A stretch of 64,000 nt of DNA from Isurus oxyrinchus (taxonomy: Eukaryota), in assembly GCA_026770705.1 (NCBI GenBank), contig JANJGN010000039.1, forward strand, positions 4,340,001-4,404,000, written 5' to 3'. Below, one piece after another: positions 37,456 to 50,439 of this stretch; the first letter of the stretch is position 1; each line of letters starts with the position of its first letter. The position numbers were made by a program, and so were the translations under genes. The notes beneath the pieces were generated by a model. It had not been told where the DNA came from, did not search any database, and was given only the letters and a program-made list of their open reading frames with translations.

Positions 37456-37939
37456 TTGCATGTTACATTCAAAAGGATTGCATAATCGTTTCGACTGTTT
37501 TCTACACATGTTTAGATGCCCATATTAAATGTTATTTTCTCCGAATGGTTCAGCGTTGTCTTAGATATTGCAGTCGAGAATCGGATGACGTTTACACCCT
37601 GCAGATGGTTGCATGAAAAGGGTGTAACAAATCTATGTAAGGGTGAGGTGCCGATACTACCTTTAAACAACTCTTAAAACAGAGGTTAGGATGGAGATAT
37701 GCACCTTTAAAAGAGACCGGAAATCAGTTCCCAGTCACCTTACCATGCAACATTCCGAAAGTGAACACCGACCACTGACAGGCCAATGACGTTTCTAAAA
37801 ATAGCATGTTTAGTCGACGACGGTTTTTTCATTTTTGTTTTGTTTCTTGCAGTGAAAGCATCATAAATTAAATGTTTGGAAGTGTAAATACCCAAAGTAG
37901 AACATTAAATCAGGCATTCCCAGCATATCTTATTCCAGT

Positions 37940-38640
37940 TTATTTTTATTCATTTACTGACTGAGTGCTGCTCTGGCTAGGCCAGCATGTAATGCCCATC
38001 CCTTGTTGCTTTTGAGAAGTTAATGCTGCGCTGCCTTCTGGGACCACTGCAGTTCCTGTGGTGTAGGTACACCCATCGTGTTGTCAGGAAGGGATTTCCA
38101 GAATTTTGGCCCAGCGAGAATGCAGAACGGTGATATATTTCCAAGTCAGAATCTTGCAGGTGGTGATATTCCCATATATCTGCTACTCTTGTCCTTCTAG
38201 CTGGCAGAAGTCATAACTTTCAAAGGTGCTGCCTGAGGAGCATTGGAAAGTTCCTGAGGTGCATCTTGAACGTGGTACACGCTGCTGCCACAGTACCTCC
38301 TAGTTGAGTGAAGGGAATGTTCATGGAATGGGTGTCAATAAAGTGGGCTGGCTTCTCCCGGGTGCTCTCAAGCTTCATGAGTGCTTTTGGAGCTGCGCTC
38401 AATACGGCAAATGTAGAGAATTCCATAGCACTACTGTTTTGTCCCTTGCAAATTGTGGACTAGCTTCGGGGAGGCAGGTGGTGAGTTACTTGTCGCAGGA
38501 CTCCCAGCCTCTGATCTGCTCCTGCTGCAACAATATTTATATCGTGGATCCAGTTCAGTACCTGGTCAATGGGAATCCGCAGGATGTTGATAGGCAAAGA
38601 CTTGGCGTTGCTAGTGCCTTTGAATGTACACGGACTCTAT
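37940..38640 (-). mobile_element. L2-like LINE 3' fragment immediately downstream of the paralog C stop codon
   Basis: ggctaggccagcatgtaatgcccatccc...gtggtgtaggtacaccc...atatatttccaagtcag...gcatcttgaacgtggtacac. Confidence 0.85.
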
Positions 38641-38644
38641 GATT

Positions 38645-39609
38645 CTAAGTGTTCCATTTGTGTCTGAGAACAGTAGGGGTCAGGCTCTGGGTTACACTCA
38701 GCAATGTTGCTTGTGATTTTTGTTTAATGAGTGACGTAACCATGTTTTTCACCATGCAGGTTAACTGCTCTCGAAACTTGGGCTGCGTCGCCACATAAAT
38801 AATTGTATTTGTGCAGCAACTTAAATTCTGCAACATATAACCAACTTGTTGAAAAATATATGAAGCGTCACTGTAATTTGCTGGATTTGTTCCTGTGATG
38901 TTATAAGTTAAGAATTCGGTAACATTTACCGACCACAATAGTATGAAACAGCTGGATAGACTGAAGAGTAAAATCACAGATTTCCTTCTGCTGTCCATCT
39001 GTGGGTCATTGCGAGTCTCTCCATTCCTCTGACTCTTCAGCCTATCACGGACACGATTAGCCACTAAAATATACCTGATTGTCAGTGTGTTGAGCAACAA
39101 AATGAAAAAAAATGGGATCAATGGTGTTAAAAGTTTATCAAACCAGTCAAATCCCACCCAAGTTGGATCTATAAAATAACTTAGTTTTGTATAACAGAAG
39201 AATGGAACATCATTAATTATACTTCCAGGTTCATAGGTGAAATAGAAGGGGACATTTTTTAAACAGAGCAGAATACCACTAGTTGCTAGAAGCACAGACG
39301 CAGTTTTCCCAGTGCAATATTTTGTTCCCAACTTCTGACAACAGATGGCGACAAATCGATCAAAAGTGAAAGTTACAGTGAACCACACCGAACAGTCTCT
39401 GGCAGCAAAAGTCAGGGCATTGAGAACGCTACACAAAGCAGTTATGTCGAGGAATGATCCTGCAAAAAAGTAATAATTAATCTGATACAGTATAACCTCT
39501 GTGACAATGACCAATAGATCCGCTGTTGCCATGGCTACCAGGTAACGCGTAGTGCTGGTGGAAAGGCCGCAATTTCCCCAGGACAGGGTCATAATCGCTA
39601 CGAAATTAG
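38645..39609 (-). CDS. GPR139/GPR142-like orphan GPCR, exon 2 (paralog C, open frame; exon 1 not located)
   Basis: Acceptor tctgttctgtttttacag|CT AAT TTC GTA (phase 1). Motifs GNCGLSTSTTRYLVAMATADLLV, RDCSVWFTVTFTFDRFVAICCQKL, LTPLIPF, FILLW, LSCCTNTIIYVATQPKFR; no internal stops. Confidence 0.93.
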
Positions 39610-39914
39610 CTGTAAAAACAGAACAGAAATAAAAGAGATTGAGATTTACTGGTTAAACTGTGTCCGTGACTGAATAGATACAGAACAGTTTGGATTACAG
39701 CATCCAAAAAGGTGGGTTAGCGGTCTGAACACAAGCACCCACTTTAGCCACCCACTTCCTGGTTGAAAAGCCGAATGCATTGGTATTAAATCGCTCCATA
39801 GGTACCAGTTGATAATTGTCCCATTTTATTGAAGCTGGCAGCTTCTGATTGAAATTGTTTACAGAGTTGTTCTGACAAGCAAGGTTCCCCACCAGACCCA
39901 ACACTGAACAATGA

Positions 39915-41120
39915 AGAACAAAATAAAAAGAAAACTAGACCCCAAGAAGAGGTCCTTCAGCCCTCCAACCCTGCGCTGATTATATTGCCTGCCAAACTAA
40001 AACATTTTGCATATTGGGGGTCCGTATCCTTCTATTCCCATTCAATTCATGTATTTGTCAAGCTGTCAATTAAACAACACTATCGCACTTGCTTCCACCA
40101 CCTCCTCTGGCTGCGAATTCCAGACACTCACTGCCCTCAGCATAAAAAAACTTGCTGTGCACATCTCCTCCAAACTTTTCTCCTCTCACCTTAAATCAAT
40201 GTCCGCTACTAATTGACTCTTGCACCCTGGGAAAAAAAAAGCTTTTGACTATCTACACTATTCATGCAACTCGTAAATTTGTAAACTTCTGTGAATTCGA
40301 CCCTCAATCCCCCTCGCTCAAGTGAGAACAATTTGAGTTTCTCCAACCTCTCTTCATAGCTAATGACCTCGATGCCAGGAAACATCCTAGTAAATCTCCT
40401 CTGCACTCTCTCCAACGCCTCCATGACCATCTGGTAGTGGAGTGACCAGAATTGTACGCAATATTCCAAGTGTGGCTTAACTAAGGTTCCATACAGCTGC
40501 AGCATGACTTCCCAGCTTTTATACTCAGTGCAACTGCCGATAAAGGCAAGCATGCCATATGCCTTCCTGACCACCTTATCAACCTGCGCTGCAACTTTCA
40601 GTGACGTGTGGACCTGTACACTCAGCTCCCTCTGCCCCTGGATGCACATAAGCGTTCTACCATTTACAGTATAATTCCTACCTATATTAGACCTTCGAAA
40701 ATGCATTACATCGCATTTCTCTGGATTATACTCCATCTGCCATGTCTACACCCAGGACTCCAAGCGACCTATATGCCGTTGCATCCTCTGACAACCTTCT
40801 TCACCATCTGCAACTCCTCCAAACTTAGTGTCCTCTGCAAAACTACTAATTTGACGTTTACATTTTCCTCCGAATTATTTATGTATACTACAAACAGCAA
40901 AGGTCCCAGCACTGATTCCTGTGGAACACCACTAGTGAGAGCTCTCCATTCGGAAAATAACCCTTCCAATATTACAATCTGTCTTCTATGACCAAGCCAA
41001 TTCTGCATCCATCTTACCTCTGCTCCCGTGCGAATTTATCTTCTGTTCCAGTCTGCCATGAGGGACCTTCTCAAATGTCTTACTTAAGTGCATGTAGATA
41101 ATATCCACTGACCTTCCATC
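39915..41120 (-). mobile_element. CR1 LINE, 5'-truncated, relatively young
   Basis: ORFs 40769-41008 (LTSGVPQESVLGPLLFVVYIN) and 40209-40736 (VKPHLEYCVQFWS...LERVQRRFTRM) are CR1 reverse transcriptase. Confidence 0.95.
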
Positions 41121-42539
41121 TCAAAATCTTCCATCTAACTGCTCAAAATGAAACTGAAATTTACAGATAACAAAAACCCACCCAAAAAGGTTGTGCTCTG
41201 ATCCCCATTTGACTTTGGAGTTAATGTCTCCCAGTGCATACATATCTCCCTGGGAGGAATTGGGCAACACACACAACGTTCCCATCCTGCAAACTTTCAC
41301 ACCCGAGTTTCAGGGAAGCAACCGCCCAGAGCTCTGCCGTCCCCTTCAATGCCAGGAATTTCTCAAAACCCATGCCATTTTAAATTTGGTGTTGGGAATT
41401 ACTACCTGGATTCAAACCACCTAACTGGGATAGCAAATGCAGCCGTCTTCCTCACTGGAAACCCCAACAGACAAACCATTATCCTCAATAATGACAGCCT
41501 CAGGATTGGAAACAATTCCTGGAATTGAGATCTCTGCCTAACATAGGAGAGATCCACAAATTGTGAACATTTCTGTAGATCTGTTGCTGCAGCCCCGCCT
41601 ATGGTATTAGCTCTCTAAATAGAGGATTGGAAATTTTGGGGGCTGGAAGTGTGGACCATTGTGCTGCAGGGAGGGAAGGATTAAATTCCTTTGACTACTC
41701 TCGCAAAAAATTACGAGCATCATCTCTTCTATGTGTGTGGTGGCAGAGTGGATGCTGAAAATAAGGATAACTATATCATCTTTCCAGAATGGACGAGAAA
41801 CGTTAATGAAAGCATCACACAATGTACGGCCAACATCGTGCATAACCCTCTTCACACACAATGAAGGAAAATTTGTACTGAGGACAGCTCATGTGTATGG
41901 AAGAGGAGTGGAAGATCACATCGCATAACAGATGAAAAAGCAGCAGTGAAACTGGGTGAACGTTCTTACGATCCTTCCCGTAATCGCGATCTTAAAGCAT
42001 AATTACAGTGGTAAATGATTTGGCATCTTATAAAGGATATCAGTAATTAGAGGACAGAGAGAGAGAGAGAAAATAAGTTGACAGGGGGAGTTGCGTGCTA
42101 AACATGATGCATTTGAAGCTGACGAACACGTGAAAATTCGAAGTCATATGCAAGAAATTCCTCAACTGGTGGTAAAAAAAAAACGCTAAATTACACGGCT
42201 GCAGCCGTAGATGCAATGGAAAACATAGAGCTGGAAAATGGGTCAAAAGCACTTTGAAATAATGGACTGTCCAAATAGTGGCGTCAAACCTTGGAAACAT
42301 GTGTTCCCGTAGCGGGACTATTTATTCCTGAAACACTGTTTCACTCAAAGCAGTGTCCAGGAACAACGGACAACACTGGGTAAGCCAATGGCTATGGAAC
42401 TTAACAACATCCAGGCTGTAGTGCTGACCACTCATGTAATGGATACAGCAGCGTCATGGCCAAGCTGTTATAGTGCACCTCCATTAATGGTCACCAACCG
42501 AGACTTTCGAAAATAGTCTAGTCAGGACCTCTCCACAAG

Positions 42540-43040
42540 CGCGCGTGCACATGCATACACAAATACACAGATACACAGACTCTGACTCTTTATCTATCTA
42601 CCTATCTATCTTTCTACCTATATATCTACCTATATATCCATCCAACTTACACACGTGCACACAAACACAGAAAAAACACGCAGACAGACAAACACACACA
42701 CAAGCGGACAAACACATACACATATCACACACAAAGAAACGCACAAACACACAAACACACACACCGGCACACGCAAGCACACACACATATACACACACGC
42801 ACACACACACAAACACACACACATGCTCCCCTCCCCGACCCCCACTCACCCGCAGGCACAGACAAGTGCACACACATATATACACACACACGCACACACA
42901 CACACACACACAGATGCTCCCCACCCCGAACCCCACACCCGCAGGCACACACAAGCGCACACACATAGACACACACGCACGCACACATGCTCCCCACCCC
43001 GAACCCCACACCCGCAGGCACACACACACGCATGCACATG
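42540..43040. repeat. (CA)n-rich compound microsatellite with three copies of atgctccccaccccgaaccccacacccgcaggcaca
   Basis: Direct reading; also a short (tatc)n tract at about 42590-42640. Confidence 0.95.
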
Positions 43041-44769
43041 AAGGGAACAAATGGAAACCTAAGAAGGTTCAGCACCAATGTTTAATCAGAAGCATGAGCA
43101 AAAAAAAGCATAGAAGATGCCGGCAACATTGCGTCCAAACTCATCTAAATCAACAATAACAGTGCTCCCGAAACTGACATTGCTTTCCACCAGGATTTCC
43201 CAGTCCCAGACATCCATTACAGAGATGGTACAGAGGTTAATTGTAAAGCTGAATGTAACAAGGCAGCATTTTACTGCCAGTGGCAACATAGAGCGACGGC
43301 AAATTTAATGATTATTGAATTACACGTGCAACATGTCCATTGGTGGGACGCATACGCTTCAGAAAACGGGGAAATGTAGCCGTTCTAGGCTAACGGCCTC
43401 TAGTCTAGGACATATCACCTGAAATAAATACTTCATTGTGGTGTCCCAGATCTTGCAGTATTCAAATGCTTCATGCATGGCCGTCAGTTCATCATACATT
43501 CAAAAAGTGGGGGTTTTCATTATACACTGCCGATCCTTCAGTGCTATTCACAGTTTCTAAGATAGAGAAGCAGTTGTTACCTGCATGCAGCAAGACGTGT
43601 CCAACAGTCAGGCTTGCTTTGCTAAATCGGAAGTAACAATCATGCCACAGTACTGACAGGTGATGACAATATGCAACAAGAAAACTAAACTTAACACGTC
43701 CTGTTGAATTGCAAGAGCATTACCATCGCTGATATCTTCGCCAGACTAATCGAAGGTGCTGCCATTTATCAAAAAGACTAACTGAAACAACCATATTAAT
43801 TCTGTTGCTACATGATGTAGGATCCATGTGCTTTTTTGTTTATCACATTTCAGTAGTGACCACACAAATGGTGTTTATAAGCAGGCCTATGATTGAGAAA
43901 GAAGCAGCAAAGCATGTTCGTTTTGATGATCACAAAATGCCGATATTTTACATCCCTCATGTAATGACCTGGTTAATCGGATCAGCAGTCGTGTTTGGGG
44001 AATTGTTTATGAGTGTATGTCAGTTATTTGCAGAGATTTAAGAGATGTTTAACTCTTTGTTTACCTGCATCGGGTGTTATTTGGACCTTCTGGTTTGCTC
44101 TACGTTTATATTATTGTTTGGATAATGATTTCATGAAGAGAGGAGTGGATTGAAAAAACTATCTGACAGGCACTTGGCTCCTGCGTGGTGTTAGGGGAAC
44201 TGCTGAAGTGAGAATGAGGGGTTTGCTAAGGTTTCCTACATTTTGTGTGGCATTTAGAATGCTGTGAGTCAACAGACTGTGTGACATCTTTATCTCAGCT
44301 GTAACTGTTTTGGGATGGGAATTCCGCAGTCCAGTTTAGATTATAAGAATGAGCTAATAAATTGACGGCAGGATAGAGACAAAGGAAACAAAGTGAAAAG
44401 TTGAAAAATACACTGGAACTGATACTCAGCTTTCGTGCTGTGAAAAAAAAAATAGGCAGGGTAATTCGAGTACAATTCACTTCCAAAACTGAAGCGCTCA
44501 ATTTTTCACCGTGATGTAGAGCATTGATGTTTTCCTTTGTGGATTTTTTTCGAATTAGCTTTTCCCCATTGTATCAATTGCAGACATTTATAAAATTACC
44601 CGAAAGAAGATTATGAGTAATGCAATGTATTTTCCAGCTCCCCCTCCCCCATAACTGAACCCCTCCCCCCTCCTCGCAGCACCACACTCCCTCACTCCCC
44701 ACCATCACCATTTTCATGAGGCACGTTCAAAGTTATTAATGATGTAAAAAACTCAAGGTAAATATTGAA

Positions 44770-44990
44770 GTAAAAATAACAAGTGCTGGTTACCCTCAGC
44801 AGGGAGGGCAGCCTCTGGAGGCACAGGAACAGAATGGATGTTACAAGTCCAACATAGCTCTTTCTCAGAACGGTAGCATCCTTTCGATGAAAAGTCATAT
44901 TGAAATCGAATAGTTCAATCTGTTTCTATCTTTGCAAATTCTGCCGGAGTTGCTGAAATTTTCCAACACTTTCTGCATTTATTTCAGTTT
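44770..44990. mobile_element. Foldback of Penelope-like termini
   Basis: aagtgctggttaccctcagcagggagggcagcctctgga ... ttctgccggagttgctgaaattttccaacacttt; same layout as 32365-32562. Confidence 0.55.
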
Positions 44991-45599
44991 CCAAATATTC
45001 TCATTTTAAGCACACACACGGACTGCTGTGAGTAAGGATAATACAACTGTGTGTCTGTGTGCAGGACTGTGTGTGGAAGCTTTCACTTGATGCACGAAAC
45101 TACTCTGTAAGTGCGCTATAAAACTGTACATTCAAACTGACTAAGAATGTGAATTGTTTCCCTGGAAATCTGAAGAAGGATTTAAAGTGCATACTATTAA
45201 AAAGTGTTAGCATTCTAACTTATGACTTGCCACACTGGAAATCTTTTAAAACTGGTGAAACATGCGGAATTTCTGAACCGGATACAAGTTACCACACGCA
45301 AGTGAGTAGTAGTTTTAAAAGTGTGATCGAGTACGTAGCAATTTTGGTGCTCAATTTAACTTAATTTATCCTGGATTATTCTTGATGTAAAAACTCTGTA
45401 AAAATGATAATATGTTTGGAGGACAATTGGGACTTTATTTTCTAATCCATGTTCCTGCAGAATTTTAGTTCAGAACTAACTTGTGATAACTGGTATTTTG
45501 CGCATGCCTTGAAGAAATGTCTTTGTTCTATTTAAAAAAAAAAATAATCCGCTGACTTAATTACTCGGAGACCCTTTGCAATAGCCCGCTTTCTGAAAT

Positions 45600-46950
45600 A
45601 GAGTGGGACAGTTAATTATTTGGCGAAACAATTGGTAGTTTCGAATTAATTGAATTTGCTCCGAGCAGAATGAACAATTTGGTTACGTTTGATTTTGGAT
45701 AAATAGTAAACAGTACTTAAATTGGAAAAAAAAAATATTTCCAACAGCTTCAATAATTTGGGAAGTTCGATTGAGACAACAAATTTCACAGCATGGTGAC
45801 AAATTCCATTAAAGGCACTGCTAATGCAAATGTGTTTTTATTCGTATTTTTGTGGCAGAGTGAGAGGTAACTATATAAACAAATCAATGGAAACATTACA
45901 AAACCAGAAAGAAAATGCCAAAGGAAATGGAACCGGTGAACTGAATTCAATGCACATGAACAGGTATTCAAAACATATTGGGAAAATTAAAGGAATTAAA
46001 AAGAAACGGCTAATGTTGTTTATATAAACATTAAGCAATCAAGTATATGCGGTGTATATTTGAAGTAATTTGGAAAATATCATTACAATTTACTGTTCTG
46101 CGTAAGGAATAAAAATATCATGTCAGGTAAAGAACACGTAAAACATATTAATGACTAGAATGCGATGGCAAGTTTGCATCATGACCTAACGAAACAATAA
46201 TGTATTGGATTGTACAAATTCTCCAGGGTTCTTTCATGAGATGGCACGGTAACTAATGGAATGTGTAACATTGTGAGAGGGAAGTGATTGAGGGTAGCAG
46301 CTAATGTTGAAAAAGAACCAAAGACACAGTAATGTATAATTTAGCGAATGGAACATATAGATTAGTCCAATAATTTTCGAACTTATTCTTGATGATGTTT
46401 GTGCCCTTCTGTGCGAGCTTCGTTTTTAGAGAAGTACAGCTAACAGACTGGGCATCACGCAGAGCATTTAGAACATGCAAGACGGCGTATGGAGTTTGGG
46501 TGTGTGTTGTGGGTGGAAGTTACTTCGGTAATTTCACCTGAGTTCCAGAAAGGGTGGCATGATATTGGGAGTCATATGCGAGAGTGTTTAGATGAGTGTT
46601 CTTCTGCCAATTAACAAGTAGCTAAAATTCAAACAACCATTAAAGGTCAGTCCCAAAATTATTCAGTTCATGGAGAACTGTTCAACTTGACTACTGTGGA
46701 CATTACAATAAGTCAACATTAAATAATGGCATTGGCACATAGATAAAACGATTTCAAAGTTATAGAGATAGTGGTAAACATATCAGTAATGGCTCAAAGG
46801 AATAGAGAAAAGCAAAATAAACTTTTGCTGAGGCAACTGACCTTTCAGGAAGAGTGCCGGACGGGAATATCCATTAGGTGTGTACCATTAAATGGAAATG
46901 CGTAGCCTATATATTCTGCCTTGGAATAATATGTCTGTGTTGTTCTTTAT
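45600..46950 (+). mobile_element. Highly decayed Gypsy-like gag/protease relic
   Basis: AT-rich stretch with fragmentary similarity, from memory, to fish Gmr1-like gag (FEK.A...W, zinc-knuckle region); no intact ORF. Confidence 0.3.
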
Positions 46951-49900
46951 CATCAGCGATGTGAACGGCTGGTACAAGAGGTAGTGAAGTGATCAAGATG
47001 CCAGGCAGTCTTTGTTTATCCACTATCCCTTAAAACAGCTAGCCCCACGTCAGGGAGAACAGATGTTAAATTGAGGATCTCTTGACACTTCGCGTTGTGA
47101 TATTATGGTGCAACGATGAGTTCAGCATCATTTGAATTAGGTCGACATTTCGGTGAATGCATCTGCTGTGAAGCTGGGGCTAAGTCATTGGAAAATGGCG
47201 AGATTGAATTTCCCATTGCTACTCCACAGTAGTAGCTTGTAACATTATTGAATTGACTGCAGACCTCTTCATCCATTAAGAAGTAAACATAGTAGTATTC
47301 AGCTCGGGAATCCACATTGCCCTTAACATTTCAACAGTTATAAGGAAATAATATTTGTAGTAAACGTTATACGATGGATCAGTGCAAATGGAATTTGTAT
47401 CTCCGCAGCATGAAAGGGAAAGAATCTTAAACATTATCGTCATACATCAGTTGACGATGAGGACATAGTGAACAGATAATGACGCAGAAGAGATGCCCCA
47501 GTGACATTGGAGAGAAAAGACCAGAGTTCACTGTCAATATTCGGCACTTGTTAATTATCAAATTGTGTATTTTAACTGAGATAAGAAAACTCGCACTGTT
47601 CATCGGGGATTCAGTGTCCGTGCATTCTTTTGTCAATGGTAGTTCCGATGTTAACTTCAAAATGAAATCTTTCCAAAGTACAGGTTGAGAGGCTGGGAAG
47701 TTCTGACTCGCCAAACACTGCCCTCCTTTTTCAAGGCACAAGACGAAATTGTCATGAAATATTCTCCCCTTGACCGAAAGCAGGGTAGCTGCAATACCTC
47801 TCAAGAATTTAAACAACAAACATAGATCACTGCCAAATCATCAACATCTCATCCAGTGTGTGAAGCATTTGCATTGTCCACTGCAGGCTCGCTGTATCAG
47901 GAGGGAGCATCACCTGCGACAGGTGATACAGCAATTAGCCAAGGCTGCTTCACTTCCATCTTCTAAAATCGAAGATCTCTGTCATTTGGAAGGAAAGAAA
48001 GAACAGAGAGGGGGCGAATGGGAAGAGCACAAGTGTCCAATTGACGCACGATCCTGGCTTGGACCTTCACAGCCACTCTATCGTTCCTGTTGAGCCAAAA
48101 TCCCTGAATGTCAGCCCTAAAAACCCTGCAGTGTGCACCTGCACCATTCTGACTGCAGCGGTTCATGAATACGGCTTCCGACCAATACATAGAGTAAACC
48201 TATAAGCTTTAATTTTTCCAATAGCGATCCCATCCCACGCAGAAATAGTAACACCTGTCTGTCCATTACAACAGAAGCTATTTCCGGGGGAAAAGAAGAA
48301 GCTGTTGCAGACTATTGGTTTCCATAACAAATACGTTGAGGGAGAATTGACAAACAGGATGTTCAGTGAATAATTGGAAAATATTTTTTTATATGTGAAA
48401 AAAAATCGAGTATGCCTTCTGGAATATGCCTTCCAGATCCTGTGGAAAGAGGATAAATGGGGAATGACTTCAGAAATGGCATTCACTGTGAGCTTGAGAC
48501 GAGGTGGGAGTTAATGTGCTTTGAAGCGGGTGGGTGAGTGGCCAGGACAGCAAGGTGAACGGGAATCTGAACTCAGGTACCGACCTCATAAGGAGACAAC
48601 TCTGATCGCTTGTCCAGCACTTGGAAAATAATCAACATTTTTTGTTGAGGATGCAGACATCATATTTCCTACTATAGCGTGGGTTTGGCAGGAATATATT
48701 CTCAATCCATAAGGTGATAATTGAATCAAGAAAACTTCAATACATTTCAGGTGGAAATTGGGGGAAAATGTTAAAGCAATCTGGGAGCAGATGATGCTCT
48801 AGTTTGGATGTATTGAATTTAATCCATGCTTGAAATTCCACAGGAAAGAGGTCAGCGATAAACTAATAAACCCTTACCAAATTTTAACTGAACAGGGGAT
48901 AATGGCACTGTACTGGTGTACAGGGAATGCTATGCAGGTGTTTAAGATGGAAGACTGCAGGGTTCCATGGTATTTAGTAAAGTTGGCATTACTTCTAGAA
49001 TGTTAAAGGAAAATGTTAAGAAAAGGAGAATCTGATAAACATTAGTCAGCACATACTCAAAACAGGAAAGGTCATGCTTGATCAACGCTGTTGCTTCCTT
49101 CCAATGCAAATTATAAACTTTAGATCGACTAGATATTCAATTCGAAATAGCTCTTGATAAGATAACAATAGCATACCCGTGACCAATCTCACAGGACGTC
49201 GATTTAAGGGAAATACAGCAGAATCGATAGAAAGTTGGCAGCGAAAACAGAAAGTAAAGAGCAATGATTTGGTGTGTTTCCTCAGGTATCAAAAGGGAAC
49301 AAGTAGGTTTCCACAAACGCTGTTGCAGGAACAGCTGCTGTTCAGCATTGATACGAATAATTTGGAGTCCTTGTCAGATATAAAATTGACAATTTGAAAA
49401 TGGCACAGATTTTGCCTCTCGGAAGCCAGAGTGGCAGTACATTAGATACATTATTAAGGAAAAACAAAGAAGGTGGGGCCGGCCAAGGAAGATCTGCCAT
49501 TGTACACTTAAGGAGGACATTCAAGAGCAGAACCCAATCTGTACCGAAGCAAAACACATTGCGATGGACCTGAGCCCGTGGCGGAGACTTGCTGCACATT
49601 TTCTGTTGCGGGACTGCAGGGAGTGATTATAATTTAATCAAAAATGAAGGTGTCTTACAAACTGAGAATAAATGCAGTGAAACATTGAATTGTTTTGCTG
49701 AAAAACAAGATGTGTGTTTAGAATGAAAATTAGATCCACTTAGAAAAGTTTCAGGTAAAGTTCTTTTTTATTTTGCAGGAGTGCGGAGTTTCCCACAAGT
49801 TTATAGGAAAATAAGACTCAGATAGTGCAGGGTGGAAAAGTGGTTCAGAGACTGAGATTCATAAGCCATTTAAGGTGGCAACTCAGACATACAGCCTAAG

Positions 49901-50439
49901 CAAGGAAATGAAGAAACGAGTAGCATTTTTAGACGCACACAATTAAAAATCATCAACATCATATTAAGCATTCATAGATTCCCATTTTTCCACATTTAAC
50001 TTATTTCCTCAAGCTCTGATCACAAATTACAAACAAACAAACAGACAAATAAAAAAAATCATTCACTGAGGAAGATGCAACAATTGTGCAAGATTGATAC
50101 ATGAGAAAAGAGATTCTATTTGCCAGGCAATACTAAATAGACTGCTTCGTTTGCTTACTGTCCCAGAGGAGAAAATGATGATCGATGCCCTTTACAACGG
50201 ATGCAGAAAGAGTCAGTGGTTTGACTGTAACGATGTGGAAAATATTGCTCCACTTGGTGAGTGTTCAGGAAAATCAAAACCCTAAACACTTAGACAAATT
50301 GACTAATCAGTGATCTCTGCCCTATATTCAATATGTTTAAGCAACTGATCGTAAAAACACACTCAAACACATTCGTTATGTACATATTCTCAGCACTGCC
50401 TTGAGGTAATGTAATTAATCAGCACCACTACAACAGTTA

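Noticed and set aside
39880-39935. FYFVLHCSVLGLVGNL, a TM1-like peptide in frame with paralog C
   Set aside because: There is no ATG, a stop lies just upstream and another at 39695, there is no good phase-1 donor, and the hydrophobic part derives from the T-rich CR1 tail.
42545-43159. Long His/Thr or Cys/Val-rich ORFs (also 18570-19096)
   Set aside because: They are (CA)n/(TG)n microsatellite translations; those at 18.6-19.1 kb also span an N gap.
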